Assembly (NCBI GenBank): GCA_001775555.1
Contig: MEXE01000020.1
Coordinates: forward strand, 1 to 37,502
Length of the DNA stretch: 37,502 bases
Source: Candidatus Amesbacteria bacterium RBG_19FT_COMBO_48_16
GTDB taxonomy: Bacteria; Patescibacteriota; Microgenomatia; CAZETR01; Amesbacteraceae
Reading direction: 5' to 3'
Positions within the stretch are counted from its first letter, which is position 1. Each line of letters opens with the position of its first letter. This document shows, in pieces, positions 7,438-16,194 of the stretch. The position numbers were made by a program, and so were the translations under genes. The notes beneath the pieces are model-generated. The model had not been told where the DNA came from and searched no databases. It saw only the letters and a program-made list of their open reading frames with translations.

Positions 7438-8502
7438 ATGTCCCGGACTCAAATAAGTATCGTCATTCCTTGTCTTAATGAGGCCAAAACGATAGTTCAA
7501 GTAATTAAAGATGCGCAAAAACAAATCAAGCTAAATCACCTGCCGGGATGTGAAATTATAGTCTCAGACAACGGAAGTACCGATGGCTCACTTCGGATAT
7601 TAAAACGTGTTTCAGGCATCAGATTAATAAACGTTCCCGTTCGCGGCTATGGGGCAGCCTTACACTGGGGAATACTGCATGCCCGGGGTAAATATATATT
7701 ATATGCGGACGCAGACGCCAGCTATCCCTTTTCCAATCTGTCCCTGTTTATAACCGCTGCCCAAAAACACCCCGATTTGGTATTAGGATCGCGCTTGAAA
7801 GGACGAATTTATCCAGGGGCTATGCCCTTCCTGCATCGCTATCTGGGAACTCCCATTCTCACTTTTCTTATCAGGCAGCTGTACCGGATACCCGTTACCG
7901 ATTGTAACTCGGGTATGCGGCTGGTCCGTAAGAACTTTTACCAAAAATTAAATATGCATAATTCCGGTATGGAGTGGGCCAGCGAACTGTTGCTGAAAAC
8001 AGCCCTCAAAGGTGGTAGGTATTTGGAAGTTCCTATCATTTTTAATAAGGATCGCCGTCTCCGTCATCCCCATCTTTCCAGCTGGGCTGACGGCTGGAGG
8101 CATTTAAAAACAATTATTCTTCTCAAACCCGCTTCGCTCTACCCCTTTTTAATATTGTTTCCCCTCCTGGGGATCGTATTTTACCCCACCAGTTTCAGCT
8201 TGTCTTTTTTGTTTCTTTCCCTTTTCTATATTTTAACTCTCAGCCTTTTAACACTTCATTTAATGAGTGCCGCCATCGAAAGCAAGTTTCTGCCGCTGGA
8301 TAATTTTTTAATTCATTTCAAATTGGTTCCCCTTACAGGTTTGTTTCTGTTCATAGTAAGCGGATTAATTTATTACCTACCCGAAAGCCGCCTGGGTACA
8401 AAACTCTTTCTGGTAAACATTCTGGGAATTACCTGTATGTGGATATTTCTTATAGAAACCGTCAAGACCCACTTAGTTAATCGTCTCCCTGATTCTGTCT
8501 AA
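7438..8502 (+). CDS. GT2 with a C-terminal ~4-TM domain (membrane-anchored polyprenol-phosphate glycosyltransferase-like)
   Basis: ISIVIPCLNEAKTI, VSDNGSTDGS, YADADAS. The C-terminal 140 aa are strongly hydrophobic. Confidence 0.8.
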   Translation: MSRTQISIVIPCLNEAKTIVQVIKDAQKQIKLNHLPGCEIIVSDNGSTDGSLRILKRVSGIRLINVPVRGYGAALHWGILHARGKYILYADADASYPFSNLSLFITAAQKHPDLVLGSRLKGRIYPGAMPFLHRYLGTPILTFLIRQLYRIPVTDCNSGMRLVRKNFYQKLNMHNSGMEWASELLLKTALKGGRYLEVPIIFNKDRRLRHPHLSSWADGWRHLKTIILLKPASLYPFLILFPLLGIVFYPTSFSLSFLFLSLFYILTLSLLTLHLMSAAIESKFLPLDNFLIHFKLVPLTGLFLFIVSGLIYYLPESRLGTKLFLVNILGITCMWIFLIETVKTHLVNRLPDSV

Positions 8503-8539
8503 GCATTATTTTTATATCCACCTCCTGCGGTTTCATTAG

Positions 8540-8545
8540 TATAAT
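8540..8545 (+). promoter_or_regulatory. Candidate -10 box in the largest + strand intergenic gap (leaderless geometry)
   Basis: Perfect TATAAT 7 nt upstream of ATG 8553. The -35 is poor (TCCACC at 8517-8522) and there is no SD. Confidence 0.25.
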
Positions 8546-8552
8546 ACTGTTA

Positions 8553-9401
8553 ATGAGTAATAGGCGTGGAAAAGTATCGGTAATTATACCGGTTCACAAT
8601 CGCCACGAGCTTTTTAATCGTTGCCTTGCTTCAGTCATAAATCAAAAATGGGATCGATTTACGTATGAAATCATCGTTATTGATGACGGATCCAGTCCGG
8701 CAATATCCCAGCATCAGATTCCAAAATCTGCGTCGTCCAACATCCGGATAATCAGAAACTCTCGTGCCTTGGGCCCGTCTGTTACCCGCAATATTGGATT
8801 GAAAGCTGCCGGTGGAGAGTATATTGCATTCCTGGACTCCGACGATACCTGGCACCCCGATTTTATATCTGCTACAGTTACCGGACTTGACTCCACTAGG
8901 CCGGAGATCATCACCACTTTGGGTAAACCGAATTTTTTACCCGGTATAAATTTCCCGAAACGGATTTTATTTCTTCTCTTAAGCCTGGTCAGAATCTGCA
9001 GCCTATGGTTGTTTTGGGTTTTCAACGGATCCCGTCTGCCCGTACAACTGTTGTATTTACTCCGGATATCCAGCTCTGTTTTTACCCGTAAAGCCGTCTC
9101 CGGAGTATATTTTTCCCAAAAGTACCGGGCGGCCGAAGATTGGAAATATTTTTGGGATTGCATCAGCAACAATTCCGCTTCTGTTAGGATTATTCCCCAG
9201 CTTTTGGCAGTTTATACCTACGAACCCCGCTCGGAAACCCTGCGCCGCCGCCACTACTGGGGTGATTATTATAAATTATTAGAAGAATTTCCCCAGGAAC
9301 TGCGTCGTACTCCCGGGATGCGGGTTTTTCGCAAATACACGGACATTTCCGTAGCCATGAATAAATCTTACCCTTATTTAAATTATTATCCGAAAGACTA
9401 A
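8553..9401 (+). CDS. Family 2 glycosyltransferase (DxDDxW subtype)
   Basis: VSVIIPVHNRHELFNRCLASVINQ, VIDDGSSP, FLDSDDTW, AAEDWKYFW. Paralogous to 34085-34912 and 35651-36613. Confidence 0.82.
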   Translation: MSNRRGKVSVIIPVHNRHELFNRCLASVINQKWDRFTYEIIVIDDGSSPAISQHQIPKSASSNIRIIRNSRALGPSVTRNIGLKAAGGEYIAFLDSDDTWHPDFISATVTGLDSTRPEIITTLGKPNFLPGINFPKRILFLLLSLVRICSLWLFWVFNGSRLPVQLLYLLRISSSVFTRKAVSGVYFSQKYRAAEDWKYFWDCISNNSASVRIIPQLLAVYTYEPRSETLRRRHYWGDYYKLLEEFPQELRRTPGMRVFRKYTDISVAMNKSYPYLNYYPKD

Positions 9402-9405
9402 ACCC

Positions 9406-10086
9406 GTGAACGGCTGCACTTGGACTACTGATTCGGAAAACCGTGTGGGGATGACCAAAAATATTCTTAGTAAATTATCGCTCACAGTCCGGGCCGGCCA
9501 GTTAAAGATTATGCTTGATTTGACTCGTCCTACACCCCAAACCCAGGTCCTGGATGTTGGTTTTGCTCCCCGTGAAGATTTACCGGACACAAATTATTTT
9601 GAAAAGTTTTACCCCTTCCCGAATAGCTTGACTGCCGCATCCACGGAAGATTGCCGGGCAGTCAAGTCCAAATACCCGGGTGTAAATATCGTCAGAATTC
9701 AACCCGGCAAAAAACTTCCCTTTAGGAATAATCACTTTGAAATTGCCACTTCCTGGGCTACGCTCGAACACGTCGGAAATTATCAACAGCAGGAATTTTT
9801 TTTAAATGAACTTTTACGCGTGGCTCACAAGATTTTTGTTACTACCCCCTACCGGGGCAGTCCCTATGAACCTCATTCCGGATTTTTCTTCCTCCAATGG
9901 TTGCCTCTTAATTGGTTCAGAAAAATTTGTCTGTATACCGGCCGCCGCTTTTGGGCAAAAACAGCTAATCTTAATCCGCTCTGGGTCAGGGATATCAAAT
10001 CCATGCGGCTGACCAAGCCGGTAGTAGTTTCGGTCTATCAAACCCTTAAATTTATCCCGTCTCACTTATTGATTACCTCGGTATGA
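9406..10086 (+). CDS. Class I SAM-dependent methyltransferase (Methyltransf_11-like)
   Basis: VLDVGFAP motif I variant and ATSWATLEHVGNYQQQEFFLNELLRVAHKIFVTTP. The start is ambiguous: GTG at 9406 or ATG at 9451. Confidence 0.65.
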   Translation: MNGCTWTTDSENRVGMTKNILSKLSLTVRAGQLKIMLDLTRPTPQTQVLDVGFAPREDLPDTNYFEKFYPFPNSLTAASTEDCRAVKSKYPGVNIVRIQPGKKLPFRNNHFEIATSWATLEHVGNYQQQEFFLNELLRVAHKIFVTTPYRGSPYEPHSGFFFLQWLPLNWFRKICLYTGRRFWAKTANLNPLWVRDIKSMRLTKPVVVSVYQTLKFIPSHLLITSV

Positions 10087-11450
10087 AGGTTAAGCTGATG
10101 CAAATTTTCCCGTGGCTGGCGATCATCGGCGTTTTAACGGTTTTTTCTGTCAACTCTTTAGCTCACTCCGGCCGTAAGGCCTTATGGCGCGACGAAGCCC
10201 ATGCTTTACAGCAATTTCCCAAGTACAAATTTCCCCGGATTTTTTGGACCGGACCGCCCCAGGAAGGCAGCGCCTCACCCCTGGATTACCTGATTATGTA
10301 CGCTGTTTATCAATTGAGACAGCCTCTGCATTATCTGTCGCTTCAGCCGCATCAATATTTACGCATCCATCACCTGGTAGCCCTTTGGCTGGCAATGTTA
10401 TTCGTGTATTGGAAAATTAATCGCCGGATAAATCTCTCTGAAATATTGGCGTTTCTCGCCGCTGTTGGCTTTTTTTTGTTTAATTCCACCATCTATTATT
10501 ACTCCAGCGAAATGCGCATGTACAGTTTGTGGGCTTCACTTTCCTTCATCTGGTTATTTCTCCACCGGTTTCGGCGTCAATTGCCGGTAGCCTGGTTTAT
10601 CGTAATATTAGCCGCAGCGGCTACTACCACTGCTTCGACGTTTCAGATAGTCGTGTTTAGCGCTGCCGTAGTAATTACCGAAATACTAAAGCAGAAACGG
10701 TTAATCCCCCGGATCCCTTTCTCCTGGCTAATGCCTATTTTTATTACTTTGTTAATCAACCTTAATTTTCTGATCCAGTCTCCAAAATATTCTTATCCCC
10801 CTCCCGCCTGGATTCAATTTTTTAATTTTTGGCAACAATCACTCCCGGCGATAATTTCCGCGGCAGTCTTAGTCATTTTTCATTACCGGCGTCGGCATTG
10901 GGACCGGCTGGAGGCTTTGTTAACCGCCTCCGGATGGCTGCTGATCGGTCCGGTATCCTTTTTCCTAATCAGGAAGGGTGGGTTGTTTTTTGATCCCCGC
11001 CAATATGTATACTATCCCGCCGCCTACGCTTATATTATTTATGAAGCCGCTTCAGCAATCTTTTTTCTGCTTATTAATTTCCGTAAAGTTCCCGTTTACC
11101 TGTATCTCACTGCCTGTTTGTTCATTGTTTCCATTTGGAGGCAAACGGATTTAAGCTTGCCGCTCCAATCAGTCCGCTTTTTAATCTTGGGTCAGCCGAT
11201 TTCCCTGCCGGTAAATTATTCCCTGCTTTCCCCGAATGTTCCCGGGAGCATTCCCCAAAATTATGAATTTCAGGAAATCGATCAATACCGTTTGGACAAC
11301 AAAGCCGCGCGTACCAATTTTGACGTCTGGTGGGAGTACATGCTGGCTCGTTACCCCCCCGAAAGCTTTCCCCGGGACCCTTCTGCAATCCTGGTTGCTC
11401 GTGCCCGCGATTTTAGTTTTGAGTTAGTCGAGATCCAAAAAAAACTTTAA
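10083..11450 (+). CDS. GT-C-fold (ArnT/PMT-like) polytopic membrane glycosyltransferase candidate
   Basis: About 11 hydrophobic segments. First-loop acidic motif ALWRDEAHAL, a soluble C-terminal tail, and ATGA overlap with the upstream gene. Confidence 0.6.
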   Translation: MKVKLMQIFPWLAIIGVLTVFSVNSLAHSGRKALWRDEAHALQQFPKYKFPRIFWTGPPQEGSASPLDYLIMYAVYQLRQPLHYLSLQPHQYLRIHHLVALWLAMLFVYWKINRRINLSEILAFLAAVGFFLFNSTIYYYSSEMRMYSLWASLSFIWLFLHRFRRQLPVAWFIVILAAAATTTASTFQIVVFSAAVVITEILKQKRLIPRIPFSWLMPIFITLLINLNFLIQSPKYSYPPPAWIQFFNFWQQSLPAIISAAVLVIFHYRRRHWDRLEALLTASGWLLIGPVSFFLIRKGGLFFDPRQYVYYPAAYAYIIYEAASAIFFLLINFRKVPVYLYLTACLFIVSIWRQTDLSLPLQSVRFLILGQPISLPVNYSLLSPNVPGSIPQNYEFQEIDQYRLDNKAARTNFDVWWEYMLARYPPESFPRDPSAILVARARDFSFELVEIQKKL

Positions 11451-12985
11451 TGCCCTTATTGTTGTCCCTTATCACTCTTATCTTCTCGGTTCTGCCTTTT
11501 ACTTTGGGCCCCAGCTCACCATTTTTTACTATCGATCAGGAAGTAGTCTATGTCACCAACGCACTTTCTTACGTTGTCCGCAAGCAAATACCTTTCTATG
11601 ACCATCCGGGTACTCCCGGAATTCTTTTGCTTTCTGCTTCGTTTACCCCCCTGCGCCTGTGGGCAAAATACTTTATCCACACCCCCTTTATAGATTGGTC
11701 TATTAAAAACTTCACTTTTCTTATGTATTATTCCCGTTTTTTCGTTTTAATTGTTTATTGTGCAGGTCTGGCAATTCTGCTTCGGGCTGTCCACAACTTT
11801 ACTGCCTCGCGTCTGGCCGTAATCCTGACTTGGCTCAGCCTGTTTTCCTATTCAGAATTCTTACGCATCGGTGTTCGCCCAACACCGGAAAATTTCCTGC
11901 TGTTTTCCACGGCTGTCTGGCTGTGGTTATTTTTACCTCTGGTCAATCACCCTACTCTGGTCCGCCTGGTATTCCTTAATCTGGCCGCCGGTTTCAGCCT
12001 GGCTACCAAACTAAACAGCCTTACCTTACTTTTGATTACCTGGCTGGTCACCGGCGTCGTTCTGGTTCGCCGTAACCTGCGGTTTTTCCGCCTTGTCCGC
12101 CTTTGGCTTTTTTTATGCGGCTTATCTTTGATCGGATTCTTCGTTTCCACCTGGACAATCCGTGGTCATTACAGAGGATTATTTAATTGGTCTTATGGTT
12201 TGGCCAGTCATTTGGAGGCGGGAGGCAGCGGCCGGGTCGGCTGGTTTGACTGGGGTTTAATCCGGGCTTCATTGACTACCATAGTCAGGCAGGAGCCCTA
12301 TCTGGTCTTGTTTTTTATCCTTGCCCCTTTGGCATATATCGCTTCATTTCGGCGGTTGTCTCGTTTTTCCCGGCTTGTCTTCGGTCCGGCCATCTTAATT
12401 TTGCTCACCTTCTTTTTTGTTTACGCCAAGTTTCCCCGGCCGCATTACCAGTGGCTGCATTTAATAGTCCTGAGCGTTTTTACCGCCGTTTTTCTCAACC
12501 GCTCCGTTTCCGTTTCTCTGGCGCGTGTCAGATTCAAACTTTTGCCTCTGTTTTTTATTCTTCTTTTGACACCCCTGATGATTAACCGGGTTAATACTTA
12601 CGCTAAATGGTCAGTGAATCTGGCTGCTGCGGCCGCATTTGAAGATTTTATTTCCGCCCATCCTCCCCGTTACCGTACATTATGGTATATAGGAAATACC
12701 CGGGATTTTTCCCTTCTCTGGGGGCGCAGTTGGTCGGGTGAGTTTTATGGTCCGCAATTGGATCGCTATTACCCTCATCTGGGGGAAATAGTCGATTTCA
12801 ATACTTATCGTGATAATTCTGCCCGCACCTACCCCATTTTTTCAAGCTGTTGGGACCAGTTGTACTTACGGCGCAGTGAGATGGACGGTTTTTTGGCCGC
12901 CCATCCGGATAAAAAACTTACGGTTTCTGCTGTCACTAACACCAAATATTATTTAATTACCAGCGATCATTGCCAAAAACTTTAA
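11450..12985 (+). CDS. GT-C-fold polytopic membrane glycosyltransferase candidate (possibly DUF2723/TMEM260-like)
   Basis: Many TM segments. N-terminal TIDQEVVYVTNAL...YDHPGTPGILLLS recalls the D-x-E plus HPPGYP loop of that family. TAATG junction. Confidence 0.5.
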   Translation: MPLLLSLITLIFSVLPFTLGPSSPFFTIDQEVVYVTNALSYVVRKQIPFYDHPGTPGILLLSASFTPLRLWAKYFIHTPFIDWSIKNFTFLMYYSRFFVLIVYCAGLAILLRAVHNFTASRLAVILTWLSLFSYSEFLRIGVRPTPENFLLFSTAVWLWLFLPLVNHPTLVRLVFLNLAAGFSLATKLNSLTLLLITWLVTGVVLVRRNLRFFRLVRLWLFLCGLSLIGFFVSTWTIRGHYRGLFNWSYGLASHLEAGGSGRVGWFDWGLIRASLTTIVRQEPYLVLFFILAPLAYIASFRRLSRFSRLVFGPAILILLTFFFVYAKFPRPHYQWLHLIVLSVFTAVFLNRSVSVSLARVRFKLLPLFFILLLTPLMINRVNTYAKWSVNLAAAAAFEDFISAHPPRYRTLWYIGNTRDFSLLWGRSWSGEFYGPQLDRYYPHLGEIVDFNTYRDNSARTYPIFSSCWDQLYLRRSEMDGFLAAHPDKKLTVSAVTNTKYYLITSDHCQKL

Positions 12986-14790
12986 TGTACTCTAATTTCT
13001 TCCACCCTCATTATCTTTTGGACTTTCTTTTCATGGCGTTTTTGCTATTCCTCTGGGATGTTTCCGGCTGGGGTTTGCTGCGGATCCTGCAGGTAAAACC
13101 GCCCGCTTGGTTAAGGCCGGTTTACTGGTGGCTGGGTTTGGGGTTAGCCGTCTTTGTCTTTTTTATCAGCCACTTTTTTCTGCCGTTCAAATCAGCGGTG
13201 TTTATAGGTGCTTCCCTGGTTTTGGCTCTCCCCTGGTTACCCAAATATCTTAGCCTTCCCCACCGTCTCCCCCCAAGTTTTAAGTCATCCCTCTTATTTA
13301 TCCTTATTTGGCTGCCGCTTTTACCTCTGGTTTTCGTCAAAACATCCCTGCCTCCTTATGTCTGGGATGAAGCTGTATATCATTATGTTTCCCCCCAGGT
13401 TTTAAGCACCCAGGCAGTCTGGCACTTTCGTACTCTCTATTCCAATCTGCCCCGTATATTGGAAACTGCTTTCGTCGGCTTGTTTTTACTCACTCGCACT
13501 TACGCTACCGCTCGGCTGCTGCATTTTCTTATCTACTTCTCTTTCCAAATGGCTTTATTTTCTTTTCTCAAGGATCGCTTCAGAGTCCCTGTCGCCGCTG
13601 TTGTCATCCTGGTTTTAAATTACTTACTGCCCCACCTGGTCCTTGAGTCCACTTTAGGCTATATCGATTTGGGTACCACCTCCTTCATATTAATCGTCTG
13701 GTTGATGGCGGTTGAAACTGCCCTTGGCAAACGTGTGCATCCTGCAATTTTCAGTGCCTTTGCCGGGTTGGCCGTAGGTGCCAAATACAACTCTCTCTCC
13801 GCTGTCCTGGTTGCCGGCGTCTTGTACCTGTCGGTTTTGGTCAAAACCCGATCACTGGGTTTTAGAAAGATCCCGGGATACCTGGTATTATTTTTGCTCC
13901 TCGGGGGTTACTGGTATGTAAAAAATTGGCTGGTTACCGGAAATCCCGTCTTCCCCTTCTTTTTTGCCTGCAAACAAGGGGTTTGCCGGGAAAGTCAGTC
14001 ATTTTTCGCTTGGGCGGACCCGTTAGGTCTGCGAAATATTTTTCCCGTCATCAGCCGCCTCTTTTACGATTTCCCCTTATTTTCATACCTTATCGTGGCC
14101 TTGATAGCCCTGTCGATATATATTCGTTCAAAATTCACATCGTTGATCATTTTGTCGTCAGGTTTGTTTATGGCCGAATATCTCGTTTTATCCGCTTTCG
14201 CCGGATTTACCCTGCGTTATTTTTATCACTGGCAGATTCTTCTCTGGATGCTGTTGACGCTGTCGCTAATCGGTATTATTAAACACATATCCGGAATTAT
14301 TCCCTCCCGTCTTACGCGAATAGGACTGGTCTTTACGGGATTAATTATGGCAGCTCTCAGCCTGAAATTATTATTGCCTGCATACTTTTCATACCTTCCA
14401 GGCGGGAAAAATTATTATCAAACCCGTTTTGCCTTCCGTCTTGTCCCGGTCACGGATTGGATCCTATGGCTTCTGCCCAAAACCGGCCCGGCTGTCATCT
14501 GGTGTGAAAGCCAGGGTCAGCCCCTTACCCTGGTTGTCAAAGATCCTGACCTGTTGTGGTCTACCGGTGAAACCAAATACACCGTCTTTCTGAACCGTTG
14601 CCGCCACCGTGAAGATTTTATCGCCGGTCAGCCGCGGTACCTGATTTCCGCCCAGTCATGTCCGGACCCCTCCCAGCCGCCTCCGACCCGTGTTAAAGAT
14701 GATTCCCGTATGGGCGAATTGAGGCAGGAAAATTATCAGCTGGTCTGCCGTTCCCGGCAAATAGTCTCCGGTTTATATCTCGTACCATAA
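12985..14790 (+). CDS. GT-C-fold polytopic membrane glycosyltransferase candidate with a Cys-containing C-terminal soluble domain
   Basis: Loop motif PPYVWDEAVYHY and more than 12 hydrophobic segments. ATG at 12985 (TAATG junction) is preferred over the listed TTG at 12970. Confidence 0.55.
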   Translation: MYSNFFHPHYLLDFLFMAFLLFLWDVSGWGLLRILQVKPPAWLRPVYWWLGLGLAVFVFFISHFFLPFKSAVFIGASLVLALPWLPKYLSLPHRLPPSFKSSLLFILIWLPLLPLVFVKTSLPPYVWDEAVYHYVSPQVLSTQAVWHFRTLYSNLPRILETAFVGLFLLTRTYATARLLHFLIYFSFQMALFSFLKDRFRVPVAAVVILVLNYLLPHLVLESTLGYIDLGTTSFILIVWLMAVETALGKRVHPAIFSAFAGLAVGAKYNSLSAVLVAGVLYLSVLVKTRSLGFRKIPGYLVLFLLLGGYWYVKNWLVTGNPVFPFFFACKQGVCRESQSFFAWADPLGLRNIFPVISRLFYDFPLFSYLIVALIALSIYIRSKFTSLIILSSGLFMAEYLVLSAFAGFTLRYFYHWQILLWMLLTLSLIGIIKHISGIIPSRLTRIGLVFTGLIMAALSLKLLLPAYFSYLPGGKNYYQTRFAFRLVPVTDWILWLLPKTGPAVIWCESQGQPLTLVVKDPDLLWSTGETKYTVFLNRCRHREDFIAGQPRYLISAQSCPDPSQPPPTRVKDDSRMGELRQENYQLVCRSRQIVSGLYLVP

Positions 14791-16185
14791 ATGAAATTTA
14801 CCCATAAAAACCTGCTGATTATTTTGTTTTTGTTTCTGCATCTGAACGGTTTTACCGGCAACCCCATGGCTTTCAGTTCTATAGCCCAATCCCTAGCCCT
14901 AAAGTCAGGTAATTTAGAAGTGGATCAATACGCGGGTAACAGTAATGACCTGGCTTATAAAAACAGCCATTTCTATACCGGCGTCCGGCCCAGCTTCTCT
15001 TTATTTTTCCTTCCGGCAACCATTGTGGTTACTCAAATTAGTAAATTGCCGCTCGTTTCGAAAGCAATTTCTTCCCTGGATTCTCTTTTTATCTCCAATC
15101 CCAAGCTTCCTCCTCCTCTGGATCCGGGCAAATTTATCGTGATAAATTTTCTGACGATAGCGTTCACTACTCTGAGTATGGTGGTACTGTTGGTCAAATT
15201 TCTCCCCTCCCGCCTGCTGCTGCCGGTATTGCTGTTGTTTCTTTTTACTCCGCTGCTAAACTTAACTTCCTCTTTTTATGTCCAGACTTTGACGACCGTC
15301 GGCTTGACTTTTTTAGGAGCGGCTTTAATTTCTTCTCTCCCTGAAAGGCTAATCCTATTAAGTGTGTTTTTCTTGAGTATTGGAGACTACACGTCATTAC
15401 CGCTGGCGGGAGTGGTTTTTCTGGTCTGGCTGGTCCAAAAAAAATATTCCGGACTAAAATTCATTTTTACCGTTTCCGCCCTCCTGATAATTTTTATTGG
15501 CTTTGACGCCTGGTTTAATTTCCGGGTATTCGGCAGCCCCCTGGCCACTCCCTACCAGTTTCGCCATACCAACGCCTATATTCATACCCAAGGGTTTTTG
15601 GGTTTAGAACCCGTCAATTTTTGGCCCGGGCTGAAATATCGCTTGCTTTCCCCCCAAGAAGGCCTGGTCTTCTACAACCCCGAAATAATTGTCCTATCCG
15701 TAATCGCCGTAACTTTACTTGTTTCTCAACGGTTCCCAAATAAAACACGATGGCTGGCCCTTATAATTATTTGTTGGTTCTGGTTTATCTCAGCTAGTTT
15801 TGTCGATAAAGTTTCCGGAATCCCCGGAGACAGGTATCTGCTTCCCTTACTCCCCCTGGTATTTTTATTTACTGCTTCCCGTCTTCGGCCGGTTCTGGAT
15901 CGGATCTATCAAAAAACTTACTTCTATCAGGTTTTTCTGGCCGCAGCGACTTTGCGGCTTTTTTGGAACTGGCATGTGGCAGCAGTCAAGGGTGATATCA
16001 CTACATCCGTTTGGGGATATATCACCCGCCTGTTTGCCGTTCCTCCGGTGTTTATCTTCGCCAAATATCTCCAAACCTCCCTGCCTAATCCGACCCTGGT
16101 CTCCATTTTCGGCTGGGTAATCGCCGTTTATGCGCTGATTTCCCTGGTACGGATTTTAGACGGTTTTGTCAAAAGTGAGATATAA
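14791..16185 (+). CDS. Polytopic membrane protein, GT-C-like
   Basis: About 12 hydrophobic segments. N-terminal loop DQYAGNSNDLAYKNSHFYTGVRPSFSLFFLP resembles the D...Y..G.yY..k.PG loop of ArnT-like enzymes. Starts immediately after the upstream stop. Confidence 0.45.
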   Translation: MKFTHKNLLIILFLFLHLNGFTGNPMAFSSIAQSLALKSGNLEVDQYAGNSNDLAYKNSHFYTGVRPSFSLFFLPATIVVTQISKLPLVSKAISSLDSLFISNPKLPPPLDPGKFIVINFLTIAFTTLSMVVLLVKFLPSRLLLPVLLLFLFTPLLNLTSSFYVQTLTTVGLTFLGAALISSLPERLILLSVFFLSIGDYTSLPLAGVVFLVWLVQKKYSGLKFIFTVSALLIIFIGFDAWFNFRVFGSPLATPYQFRHTNAYIHTQGFLGLEPVNFWPGLKYRLLSPQEGLVFYNPEIIVLSVIAVTLLVSQRFPNKTRWLALIIICWFWFISASFVDKVSGIPGDRYLLPLLPLVFLFTASRLRPVLDRIYQKTYFYQVFLAAATLRLFWNWHVAAVKGDITTSVWGYITRLFAVPPVFIFAKYLQTSLPNPTLVSIFGWVIAVYALISLVRILDGFVKSEI

Positions 16186-16194
16186 TCCAAACCA

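Noticed and set aside
6140-7440. Idea that the minus-strand GT2 gene (and likewise the BNR gene at 25223-26392) sits on an invertible DNA segment
   Set aside because: I found no inverted repeats flanking either gene and no recombinase gene in the window. The only short similarity (ATTTTCT) is direct, not inverted.
8714-9172. 152-aa antisense ORF within the GT2 at 8553-9401
   Set aside because: The sense frame aligns block by block with two paralogous GT2s in the window. The antisense product has no features.
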